Positions 17,206 through 25,972 of a DNA stretch of 32,000 nt are shown here, one piece after another (the first letter of the stretch is position 1; each line of letters begins with the position of its first letter). The stretch is from positions 120,001 to 152,000 of the forward strand of contig NC_013201.1 in NCBI RefSeq assembly GCF_000023965.1, written 5' to 3'. This DNA comes from Halomicrobium mukohataei DSM 12286. Lineage in GTDB: Archaea; Halobacteriota; Halobacteria; Halobacteriales; Haloarculaceae. The translations under genes were made by a program, and so were the position numbers. Below the pieces are notes generated by a model, which was not told the DNA's origin, ran no database searches, and worked only from the letters and a program-made list of their open reading frames with translations.

Positions 17206-17410
17206 GCGACGAGAATAAACCGTGTGAAACGGTTCGCTCACCGACCGCACTGCCGTCGCGCTCGGGCGTGCAGTGACTTTCGACGGTTCCAGTCTATCCG
17301 CCGGCTGCTGACGGTCGGTTAGCTCTCGGTGTATTATTTCGAATATTTCGAGTTTCTAGGACTTTTCCGCGATTTTTTACTAGAACTCCAACTATTACCA
17401 GTAGCTTTTT

Positions 17411-17432
17411 GTTTTTAGGCAGGCCTAAAAAC
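17411..17432 (+). promoter_or_regulatory. Iron-box-like palindrome, site d: GTTTTTAGGCAGGCCTAAAAAC
   Basis: Perfect 10-bp arms. It lies at the end of an AT-rich 290-bp intergenic region, 7 nt before the ATG at 17438 and 65 nt before the dat GTG. Confidence 0.65.
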
Positions 17433-17496
17433 AATCGATGACGAGCCATCACACGCTGTCCGGAGGGACGGCCTCCCGGACCGGAGGTGATCGTGA

Positions 17497-18867
17497 GTGA
17501 ACTACGCTGACGCGACGGCCGACCAGTTGCTCGCCCAGCAGGCCGCTCGCGAATCGAGCGCGCGGACCTATCCGCGATATCTTCCGCTGGCGATCGAGAC
17601 CGCCTCGGGACTGACGGTCGTCGACGTCGACGGCAACGAGTACTACGACTGTCTCGCGGGGGCGGGGACGCTCGCTCTCGGACACAACCATCCGGCCGTC
17701 GTCGAGGAGATGGAGCGCGTGCTCGCCGACGGGCGAGCCATCCACACGCTGGACATCACGACGCCGGAGAAAGAGCGGTTCGTCGACACGCTGTTCGACT
17801 GTCTCCCCGACGAGCTGACAGACACCGCGAAGGTCCAGTTCTGTAGCCCCGCAGGGACCGACGCGGTGGAAGCGGCACTGAAGCTCGTCAGAACGGCCAC
17901 CGGAAATCGGCCGATCCTCGGCTTCCAGGGCGGTTATCACGGGATGACTGGCGAGGCGTTGAGCCTCATGGGCAACACCGGACCGAAGGAGTCCTTGCCC
18001 GGACTGTCCTCGGCCGTCCACCATCTCCCGTACCCCTACACGTACCGGTGTCCGTTCGGGGCGGGCGGCGACGAGTGCTGGCGAACCAGCGCCCGGTACG
18101 TCGAACGGGTGCTCGACGATCCCGCGAGCGGCGTCGTCTCGCCCGCCGGCATGATCTTCGAGTCGGTCCAGGGCGAAGGAGGGTCCGTTCCCGCGCCGGC
18201 CCCGTGGTTGCGCGAGATCCGGCGTCTCACCGACGAACACGACGTGCCGCTGATCGCCGACGAGATCCAGACCGGGCTCGGTCGCACCGGAGAGCTGTTC
18301 GGCTTCGAGCACGCCGACATCGTCCCCGACGTCGTCACCGTCTCGAAGGCCGTCGGCGGTGGGCTTCCGCTCGCGGTCGTCGTCTACGACGAGGAACTCG
18401 ACGGGTGGGAGCCGGGAGCGCACGCGGGGACGTTCCGTGGCAACCAGCTCGCGATGGCGGCCGGAACGGTGACTATGCGACACGTCCTCGACAACGACCT
18501 CGATGCACACGCCGCAGCGATGGGCGAGCGGCTCCGCGAGCGTCTCGAAGACACCGCTGCGATCAGCGAAGCGGTCGGAGACGTTCGGGGACGTGGCCTC
18601 ATGCTGGGCGTCGAGTTCGTCGATCCGGCCGGCGAGCCCGGCCCGCAGGGCCATTACCCGCCCGACGGCGACCTCGCAGAGCGCGTTCAGGCCGAGACGT
18701 TCGATCGCGGGCTCATCGTCGAGACCGGCGGGCGCGACGGCGCGACCGCTCGGTTCCTCCCGCCGTTGGTCGTCTCCCCGAGACAGGTCGACGACATCGC
18801 CGAGCTGTTCCACCGCAGCGTTCGCGCGGCGATCGACGCCGACGAACGCGCGGAGGTGCTCGCATGA
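17497..18867 (+). CDS. dat: Diaminobutyrate-2-oxoglutarate aminotransferase (class III PLP aminotransferase)
   Basis: LAGAGTLALGHNHP, ESVQGEGG, DEIQTGLGRTG and the PLP-lysine context TVSKAVGGG. GTG start with GGAGGTGA 5 nt upstream. First gene of a chain coupled by ATGA overlaps. Confidence 0.85.
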   Translation: MNYADATADQLLAQQAARESSARTYPRYLPLAIETASGLTVVDVDGNEYYDCLAGAGTLALGHNHPAVVEEMERVLADGRAIHTLDITTPEKERFVDTLFDCLPDELTDTAKVQFCSPAGTDAVEAALKLVRTATGNRPILGFQGGYHGMTGEALSLMGNTGPKESLPGLSSAVHHLPYPYTYRCPFGAGGDECWRTSARYVERVLDDPASGVVSPAGMIFESVQGEGGSVPAPAPWLREIRRLTDEHDVPLIADEIQTGLGRTGELFGFEHADIVPDVVTVSKAVGGGLPLAVVVYDEELDGWEPGAHAGTFRGNQLAMAAGTVTMRHVLDNDLDAHAAAMGERLRERLEDTAAISEAVGDVRGRGLMLGVEFVDPAGEPGPQGHYPPDGDLAERVQAETFDRGLIVETGGRDGATARFLPPLVVSPRQVDDIAELFHRSVRAAIDADERAEVLA

Positions 18868-20375
18868 GCGGCGGGGCTCCCGACGCGACGGAGCGCCTGG
18901 ACCAGCCACCGGTCGACGACGCGTTCCTCGGGAGCGACGAGGGAAACCGCGCGTACGCGGCTGCGGCCGACGCGGCGACACGCGCCGTCGTGACCGCGAC
19001 CGACCGCGCGACGCCGTACTCCGGCGCTGACCCCGACACGCTCCGCGACCGGTTCGCGGGACGGCGTGTCCTCCCCGAGCGCGGGCAGTCTGTCGAAGAG
19101 ACGCTCGGCGAGGTCACGGACGAGGTGCTCTCGTCCGTCGTCGGCGTCTTCGACCCGGACTGTGTCGCTCACCTCCAGTGTCCGCCGACGATCCCCGGAC
19201 TCGCGGCCGAAACGCTCGTCGCGGGGACGAACCAGTCGATGGACTCGTTCGACCAGGCCCCAGCGCCCTCCGTCTGCGAGGAGCGGGTCGTCGACGCGCT
19301 CTGTGACCTCCTGTCGTTCCCTGCCGGCGCTGACGGCGTGTTCACGAGCGGCGGCACCCAGTCGAACCTCCAGGGCCTGCTCTTGGCCCGGGAGTGGTAC
19401 TGTCGGGAGCGACTGGACTGTGACGTACAGACCGAGGGGCTCCCCGCCGACGCCGACGACCTCCGAGTCGTCACCTCCGAGGCGGCTCACTTCACCGCGG
19501 CCCAGGCTACGGCACAGTTGGGTCTCGGCGAGGACGCCGTCGTCGAGGTCCCAACTGACGACGGCTACCGGATGGACCCGGACGCGCTGGACGCGACCCT
19601 CGCGGATCTCACAGCGGCGGGGTGCCGACCGTTCGCGCTGCTGGGGACCGCAGGGACGACCGACCACGGTGCCGTCGACCCGCTCCCGGCACTCGCCGAC
19701 CGCGCAGCCGAGCACGACCTCTGGTTCCACGTCGACGCCGCCTACGGCGGTGCGCTGCTGCTCTCAGAACGCGAGCGGTCGACGCTCGACGGGATCGACC
19801 GAGCGGACTCCGTCGCGGTCGACTTCCACAAGCTGTTCTACCAGCCGATCAGCTGTGGGGCCTTTCTGCTCGGAGACGGCAGCCAGTTCCGGCTACAGGA
19901 CCGCAACGCGGCGTACCTCAACCCCGAGGCCGACGACGAGGCGGGCGTCCCGAACCTCGTCGGGAAGTCCCTCCAGACGACCCGTCGGTTCGACGCCCTG
20001 AAACCGTACGTGACGTTCCGAACGCTGGGACGCGAGCGCCTCGCCGACTGGGTCGAGTACGTCGTCGACCTCGCGACCGCCGTCGGCGACGACGTTCGTG
20101 ACCACCCCGAGCTCGAACTGGTGTGTGAACCACAGCTGAGCACCGTCCTGTTTCGCTACCGGCCCGACGAGGGCGATCCGGACGAGATCAACCCGGCCAT
20201 CCGCGATCGGCTCCTCCGGGCGGGGCGGGCGGTGATCGCCCGCACCGAAGTCGGCGGGACGGCGACGCTCAAGTTCACCCTGCTGAACCCGCGCGCGACG
20301 CGCTCGTCGCTCCGCGCGCTGCTCGAATCGGTCGTCGAACACGGCACCGAGATCGAACGAGAGAGATCGACATGA
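18864..20375 (+). CDS. ddc: L-2,4-diaminobutyrate decarboxylase (group II PLP decarboxylase)
   Basis: The ATG at 18864 overlaps the dat stop (ATGA). Motifs include SGGTQSNL, HVDAAYGG and DFHKLFYQP (PLP Lys). I discard the Arg-rich 5' extension of the listed 18048 ORF. Confidence 0.85.
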   Translation: MSGGAPDATERLDQPPVDDAFLGSDEGNRAYAAAADAATRAVVTATDRATPYSGADPDTLRDRFAGRRVLPERGQSVEETLGEVTDEVLSSVVGVFDPDCVAHLQCPPTIPGLAAETLVAGTNQSMDSFDQAPAPSVCEERVVDALCDLLSFPAGADGVFTSGGTQSNLQGLLLAREWYCRERLDCDVQTEGLPADADDLRVVTSEAAHFTAAQATAQLGLGEDAVVEVPTDDGYRMDPDALDATLADLTAAGCRPFALLGTAGTTDHGAVDPLPALADRAAEHDLWFHVDAAYGGALLLSERERSTLDGIDRADSVAVDFHKLFYQPISCGAFLLGDGSQFRLQDRNAAYLNPEADDEAGVPNLVGKSLQTTRRFDALKPYVTFRTLGRERLADWVEYVVDLATAVGDDVRDHPELELVCEPQLSTVLFRYRPDEGDPDEINPAIRDRLLRAGRAVIARTEVGGTATLKFTLLNPRATRSSLRALLESVVEHGTEIERERST

Positions 20376-22177
20376 CGCGACTGACACGACACTACGACGA
20401 CTCGGCGCGCGAGATCGCGCGCCACGCCACGACGCACAGCTTCCTGAACTGCTACTGCCACGAGACTGCCAGTGGGGCGTTTCGACCCGCCGACGAGACG
20501 CCGATCGACACCGAGGGGACCGTCCTGTACTGTCCCCTCGAAGCCCAGGGCATCGACCTGTACGCGCGGGTCGCACACCGCTCGCCGACCGGGCGCCACC
20601 TCTTCGAGACGCCGGTGCAGTACCGCGTCGAGGAGACGATCCACGACTGTGACTACCTCACGCTCGCGACGCTCCTGACCAAGGAGCTCGAACTGACGCG
20701 CGGGGGCGACGCCGATCGGGACGAGCTGCTCGCCCGTGTCGTTTCGAGCTGTCGGGCGACGGCGCGGTTCGTCGACGCCCGTCGTGGCGACGACGCGCTC
20801 ACCGATCCCGAGGCGACGTTCCGCGAGGCCGAACAGTCGCTCGTGTTCGGCCACCTCATGCACCCGACCCCGAAGAGCCGGCGCGGGATGGGCCGAGACG
20901 GGCCGCGCTACGCGCCCGAGCTCGGGACGAGCTTCTCGCTGCACTACGTCAGCGCCGATTCGGCCGTCGTCGAGCAGGCGTCCACGCGCGAGCACAGCGC
21001 CGCCGAGTGGGTCGCGTCGGCCCTCCGAGACGATCCGACCGTCTCCGACGACGTCGTCGACCGCCACGTCGACGACGGGCGCGTCCTCGTTCCGCTTCAC
21101 CCCTGGCAGGCCCAGTACCTGCTCGACCGGGAGCCGGCACGGAGCTTGCTCGCCGACGGGCGTCTCGAATCGCTCGGAGCGATCGGCCGGGAGTTCGCAC
21201 CGACCTCCTCGGTGCGGACGCTGTACGCGCCCGAGTCCCCGTTCATGGTCAAGGGCTCGCTGGCGGTCAAGATCACGAACGCCGAGCGGACGAACAAGCG
21301 CCCGGAGTTGGACCGTGGCGTCGCGATCTCGGAACTGCTCGACACCGAACTCGGAGACGCGATCGACGATCGATTCCCCGCGTTCGACGTGATCCGAGAC
21401 CCCGCCTATCTGACCGTCCAGAGCGAGAGCGCCGAGTCCGGGTTCGAGGTCGTCCTCAGAGAGAACCCGTTCGCTCCGTCGGGCCGGCGGCGAGCGACGC
21501 CGGTCGCGGCGCTGTGTCAGGACGCCATTGCGGGGGCGTCCCGCCTGGAGCGGGTCGTTCGCGACATCGCACAGCGAACGGGGCAAAGCCCCGACGCGGT
21601 GAGCGTCGACTGGTTCGAGCGGTATCTGGAGACGGCGATCCGGCCGGTCCTCTGGCTGTTCCTCGAATGGGGGCTCGGACTGGAGGCCCACCAGCAGAAC
21701 ACGGTCCTGACGCTCGACGACGACGGCTATCCGGACCGTGCCTTCTACCGCGACAACCAGGGGTACTACTTCCCGGAGGGTGCCTACGATCGGATCGACG
21801 CCGTCTGTCCCGGCGTCGGCCAGCGGGCCGACACGATCTGCCCGGACGCCGTCGCCGACGAGCGGATCCGCTACTACGTCGTCCTGAACAACGCCTTCGG
21901 CGTGATCAACGCCTTCGGTACCGCCGGGCTGGTGGACGAACGTCGGCTCCTCGAACTCCTGCGCGACCACCTCTCGTCGCTCCGGCAGTTCGACCGTCCG
22001 TCCTCGTCGCTGCTCGACCCGCTCCTCCAGTCCGAGACCGTCCCACGCAAGGCGAACCTGCTCACGCGGTTCCGCGGACTCGACGAACTCGACGCCCCCT
22101 CGCTGGACGACCAGTCGGTGTACGCTGCCGTCCCCAATCCCCTGGTCGAGGAGTTCTCACAGGCGGTGATGCGATGA
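20372..22177 (+). CDS. iucA: IucA/IucC-family NIS synthetase, IucA-like paralogue 1
   Basis: ATTHSFLNCYCHET, EAEQSLVFGHLMHPTPKSRRG, HPWQAQYL, TSSVRTLY, EAHQQN. ATGA overlap with ddc. Confidence 0.85.
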   Translation: MTRLTRHYDDSAREIARHATTHSFLNCYCHETASGAFRPADETPIDTEGTVLYCPLEAQGIDLYARVAHRSPTGRHLFETPVQYRVEETIHDCDYLTLATLLTKELELTRGGDADRDELLARVVSSCRATARFVDARRGDDALTDPEATFREAEQSLVFGHLMHPTPKSRRGMGRDGPRYAPELGTSFSLHYVSADSAVVEQASTREHSAAEWVASALRDDPTVSDDVVDRHVDDGRVLVPLHPWQAQYLLDREPARSLLADGRLESLGAIGREFAPTSSVRTLYAPESPFMVKGSLAVKITNAERTNKRPELDRGVAISELLDTELGDAIDDRFPAFDVIRDPAYLTVQSESAESGFEVVLRENPFAPSGRRRATPVAALCQDAIAGASRLERVVRDIAQRTGQSPDAVSVDWFERYLETAIRPVLWLFLEWGLGLEAHQQNTVLTLDDDGYPDRAFYRDNQGYYFPEGAYDRIDAVCPGVGQRADTICPDAVADERIRYYVVLNNAFGVINAFGTAGLVDERRLLELLRDHLSSLRQFDRPSSSLLDPLLQSETVPRKANLLTRFRGLDELDAPSLDDQSVYAAVPNPLVEEFSQAVMR

Positions 22178-22803
22178 CCGCGCCCGCCACGTCGGTCGGC
22201 CGCGACGACAGCTTCCGGGCCCACGACGAGACGATCGACCGGACGATCGCGTTCCGTCCGGTCTCGCTGTCCGAGGATCTCGGCCGGCTGCACGCGTGGC
22301 TCAACGCCGAACACGTCCAGCCGTTCTGGGACCTGGCAGAACCGCTGTCGGTGTTTCGAGAGACGATGGCGGGGAAGCTGGCGACCGAGGGCGTGGGCTG
22401 TTACGTCGGATCGGTCGATCACGTCCCGATGAGCTACTGGGAGTGTTACTGGGCGACAGACGACGAGGTCGGCGAGCACTTCGACGCGAACCCGACCGAC
22501 CAGGGGCTCCACCTCCTCGTCGGCCCGCCGGAGTTCGTCGGACAGGGGCTGGCCGTCCCGCTCGTCAGAGCGATGCTGCGCTTTCAGTTCACACACGCCG
22601 AGACCGACCGGATCGTGGTCGAGCCCGACGTTCGCAACGAGGTCGTCAGACACGTGTTCAGACGCTGTGGGTTCGAACCGGTCCGAGAGATCGCCATGGA
22701 CGAGAAAGACGCGATGCTCATGTACTGCCACCGCGAGACCTTCGAGGAGACGATCTGGCCCGACGGCCGCGCCGCAGTGGCGGAGGTGAGAGCGAATGAC
22801 TGA
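22174..22803 (+). CDS. iucB: Siderophore N-acyltransferase (IucB/AlcB/DesC-like GNAT)
   Basis: The ATG at 22174 overlaps the preceding stop. Motifs include FRPVSLSEDLGRLHAWLN..HV.PFW and HLLVGPPEFVGQGL. Confidence 0.8.
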   Translation: MTAPATSVGRDDSFRAHDETIDRTIAFRPVSLSEDLGRLHAWLNAEHVQPFWDLAEPLSVFRETMAGKLATEGVGCYVGSVDHVPMSYWECYWATDDEVGEHFDANPTDQGLHLLVGPPEFVGQGLAVPLVRAMLRFQFTHAETDRIVVEPDVRNEVVRHVFRRCGFEPVREIAMDEKDAMLMYCHRETFEETIWPDGRAAVAEVRAND

Positions 22804-24145
22804 GACCGACCGTGGCCACGTCGACGTCCTCGGTGTGGGACTCGGACCGTTCAACCTCGGGCTCGCGGCCCTGCTCGCGGACACGGACGTCGAGGCGGCG
22901 TTCCTCGAACAGGCGTCGGCGTTCGCCTGGCACGAGGGGATGCTCATCGAGGGAGCGACCCTCGAAGTGCCGTTCCTCGCGGATCTGGTCACGCTCGCCG
23001 ATCCGACCAGTGAGTACAGCTACCTCAACTACCTGCGCGAGACCGACCGCATCTACGAGTTCTACTTCTACGAGACGTTCCAGGTGCCTCGTCGGGAGTA
23101 CGACGCCTACCTCGGCTGGGTCGCGGATCGACTCGACAGCTGTCGGTTCAGCCGCCGGGTCACGAGTGTCACCGAGATCGATGCAGGCTTCCGGGTCGAA
23201 GCCGTCGACCCGGAAACCGGCGAGCGGTACGCGTTCACTGCCGACGACCTCGTCGTCGGCGTCGGCTCACGGCCCTACGTTCCAGAGCAGTTCCGTGACT
23301 GTCTCGGCGACGCCGTCTTTCACACCGCACAGTACCGCGACCGCCGCGACGGCGCTCTCGACAGCGACGCGATCGCCGTCGTCGGTTCCGGCCAGAGCGC
23401 CGCCGAGGTCGTCTTGGATCTGCTCGAACGCCAGACCGATCACGGCTACCGCCTCGACTGGCTCACCCGGTCGGACGGTTTCTTCCCGATGGAGTACTCG
23501 AAGCTCGGCCTGCAACACTTCACCCCGGAGTACACGCGATACTTCTCCGACCTCGATCGGGAGACCAGAGACGAGACGCTCTCCGAGCAGGACCTCCTGT
23601 ACAAGGGGATCGACGTGCAGACGAGCGCACGGATCTACGACACGCTGTACGAGCGGTCTATCGGTTCGCGCGATCCCGACTTCGGGATGCTCGCGACGAC
23701 CGCCGTCGAGGATATCGAGGCGACCGACGACGGGTACCGTCTCACGTGCCACCAGACCCAGCAGGACGAGCGATTCGTCCACGAGGTGGCGACGGTCGTC
23801 CTCGGGACCGGCTACCACCGGCCGACGCCGTCGTTCCTGGGACCGCTAGAAGACGCGCTCGAACGCGATCCGAAGGGGCGGCTCCGTATCACCGAAGAGT
23901 ACCGCGTCGAGAGCGACTGTACGGGGCGGCTGTTCGTCCAGAACGCCGGGGTCCACACCCACGGCGTCGGCACCCCGGATCTGGGTCTGGGCTGTTACCG
24001 CAACGCCGTCATCGTCGAACAGCTCACCGGCCGCGAGGTGTATCCGATCGACGAGGACACGGTCTTCCAGGACTTCGACGTCGAACAGTTCCTCGCCGAT
24101 ACGTCCGCCGAGCGCGTCGGCAACCACTACGGAGGCCGCCGATGA
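22796..24145 (+). CDS. iucD: Diamine/lysine N-hydroxylating flavin monooxygenase (IucD-like)
   Basis: N-terminal FAD motif DVLGVGLGPFNLGLAALL and a second dinucleotide motif VVGSGQSAAE. 8-nt overlap with iucB. Confidence 0.85.
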   Translation: MTETDRGHVDVLGVGLGPFNLGLAALLADTDVEAAFLEQASAFAWHEGMLIEGATLEVPFLADLVTLADPTSEYSYLNYLRETDRIYEFYFYETFQVPRREYDAYLGWVADRLDSCRFSRRVTSVTEIDAGFRVEAVDPETGERYAFTADDLVVGVGSRPYVPEQFRDCLGDAVFHTAQYRDRRDGALDSDAIAVVGSGQSAAEVVLDLLERQTDHGYRLDWLTRSDGFFPMEYSKLGLQHFTPEYTRYFSDLDRETRDETLSEQDLLYKGIDVQTSARIYDTLYERSIGSRDPDFGMLATTAVEDIEATDDGYRLTCHQTQQDERFVHEVATVVLGTGYHRPTPSFLGPLEDALERDPKGRLRITEEYRVESDCTGRLFVQNAGVHTHGVGTPDLGLGCYRNAVIVEQLTGREVYPIDEDTVFQDFDVEQFLADTSAERVGNHYGGRR

Positions 24146-25917
24146 ACGCGAACGAACGTGCGAGGGCAGCCACGACGCACAGTTTCCTCAACTGCTATCT
24201 CCGTGAGACGGGTGCGTACGCCGTTCGCTCGGCAGAGAATACCCCGCTCGACGCGGATCCCGAGGAGGCGATCCACGTCCACTTCGAGACGCAAGGCGTC
24301 GACCTGTTCGTCCCGCTGGCGTACGAGTCCCCGACGGGCCGCCACCTGTTCGACCTGCCCGGCGTCTACCGGCTCCCGGACGGCGAGGTACTGAAACTCA
24401 CCTATCCGACGCTCGTCACGCTGGTGACGACGGAACTGGCAGCGGCGCGGAGTGGCTCGGGTGCCGCCGACGAACTGCTACTGCGGGTCATCCAGAGCTG
24501 CAAGAACGTCGAACGGTTTGTTGAAGCACGCCGTGGTGACGGGCTCGATAGCTTCGAGACGACGTTTCTCGAAGCCGAACAGTCGCTCGTCTTCGGTCAC
24601 CACCTCCACCCGACGCCGAAGAGCCGGGAAGGGATTCCACCACACAAGCGCGAGACGTACGCGCCGGAACTCGGCGGCTCGTTTCGACTGCACTACTTCG
24701 AGGTAGCCCCTTCGCTCGTAGAGCACGGCTCGGCGCTGACCGAGAGCGCGCCGGAGTGGATCGAACGGGCGCTCCGTGCCGACGATGCCGTCGACGAGTC
24801 CTTCGTCGCCGACCACGTTGACGGAGACGGCATCCTGATCCCGGCCCATCCCTGGCAGGCTGACTATCTTGAATCACAGCCACACGTTCGAGAGCACCTG
24901 GGTGATGACATCGTCTCGCTCGGCCCGGTCGGTCAAGTCTTCCATCCGACCTCCTCCGTCCGGACGCTGTACAGCCCAGACGCGCCGTTCATGGTCAAGA
25001 CGTCCCTCGGCGTCCGGATCACGAACTCCAAGCGAGTGAACAAGCGGCGCGAGTTGGACCGAGGAGCCGCCATCACAGAACTGTTCGATACGGCACTCGG
25101 ACGGACGGTAGACCGAAAGTTCCCGTCATTCGACATGCTCCACGACCCGGCGTACCTGACAGTGAACGTGGGAGGCGGGCCGGAATCCGGATTCGAGACC
25201 GTCCTCCGGAAGAACCCATACCAGGGCGACGCCGGAGCAAACGTCATGCCAGTCGTTGCCCTCTGTCAAGACGGCGTCGCTGGCATCTCACAGCTGGAGA
25301 CGATCGTCCGGACGCTGGCCGAGCGTGAGGGCCGTACGACCGAGGCGGTCAGCAAGGACTGGTTCGAACAATACCTGCAGACGGCAATCCGCCCCGTCCT
25401 CTGGCTGTACCTCGACTGCGGACTCGGCGTTGAAGCCCACCAGCAAAACGGCGTGCTCGAACTCGAAGACGGCTATCCCACGAGCTTCGCGTACCGCGAC
25501 AGCCAGGGGTACTACATCCCCGAGTCCGCGGCCGACGACCTCGACGCGCTCCTGCCAGGCGTGTGTGATCGAACGGACACCGTCTGTCCCGACGCCATCG
25601 CGGACGAACGGGTGCGCTACTACGTCGTCCTGAACAACGTCTTTGGCGTCGTCAACGCGTTCGGGACCGCAGGTCTGGTCGACGAGCGGGCCTTGCTCGA
25701 CGTATTCCGGACGGAACTGGAACACCTCCGACAGTACGACCACGCAGCATCGTCGCTCCTGACTGACCTGCTCACTGCAGAAACGATCAGTTGCAAGGCG
25801 AACCTACTGACGCGGTTCCACGACATGGACGAACTCACCGGGTCGCCCGAGACACAGTCGGTCTACACCGAGATTGACAACCCACTTGTCGCGACACAGG
25901 AGGCAAGTCAGCTGTGA
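24142..25917 (+). CDS. iucC: IucA/IucC-family NIS synthetase, IucA-like paralogue 2 (occupies the iucC position of the conserved haloarchaeal operon)
   Basis: The ATG at 24142 overlaps the iucD stop. Motifs ATTHSFLNCYLRET, EAEQSLVFGHHLHPTPKSREG, HPWQADYL, TSSVRTLY, EAHQQN are collinear with the 20372 paralogue. Confidence 0.8.
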   Translation: MNANERARAATTHSFLNCYLRETGAYAVRSAENTPLDADPEEAIHVHFETQGVDLFVPLAYESPTGRHLFDLPGVYRLPDGEVLKLTYPTLVTLVTTELAAARSGSGAADELLLRVIQSCKNVERFVEARRGDGLDSFETTFLEAEQSLVFGHHLHPTPKSREGIPPHKRETYAPELGGSFRLHYFEVAPSLVEHGSALTESAPEWIERALRADDAVDESFVADHVDGDGILIPAHPWQADYLESQPHVREHLGDDIVSLGPVGQVFHPTSSVRTLYSPDAPFMVKTSLGVRITNSKRVNKRRELDRGAAITELFDTALGRTVDRKFPSFDMLHDPAYLTVNVGGGPESGFETVLRKNPYQGDAGANVMPVVALCQDGVAGISQLETIVRTLAEREGRTTEAVSKDWFEQYLQTAIRPVLWLYLDCGLGVEAHQQNGVLELEDGYPTSFAYRDSQGYYIPESAADDLDALLPGVCDRTDTVCPDAIADERVRYYVVLNNVFGVVNAFGTAGLVDERALLDVFRTELEHLRQYDHAASSLLTDLLTAETISCKANLLTRFHDMDELTGSPETQSVYTEIDNPLVATQEASQL

Positions 25918-25972
25918 CTCGGAGAGCCGACGACCGACGACCGACCGAACGACCACTTCACCGGAGAAATCG

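Noticed and set aside
18048-18863. Long 5' extensions of the listed ORFs 18048..20375, 21007..22803, 23746..25917 and 25874..26869
   Set aside because: The extensions are Arg-rich out-of-frame readings of the upstream genes. Internal ATGs at 18864, 22174, 24142 and 25973 give family-typical N-termini. Three of the four (18864, 22174, 24142) form ATGA overlaps with the preceding stop codons.
17449-18981. 510-aa minus-strand ORF antisense to dat/ddc. The same applies to 16306-17250, 18687-19730, 20156-21970, 21874-22992, 23267-23818, 26027-26854, 27782-28501, 4818-5435, 757-1353 and 14164-14798.
   Set aside because: These are typical shadow ORFs of GC-rich genes. They are extremely Arg/Pro/Gly-rich and basic, unlike the acidic halophilic proteins on the opposite strand. 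They have no recognisable motifs and each fully overlaps a well-supported gene.
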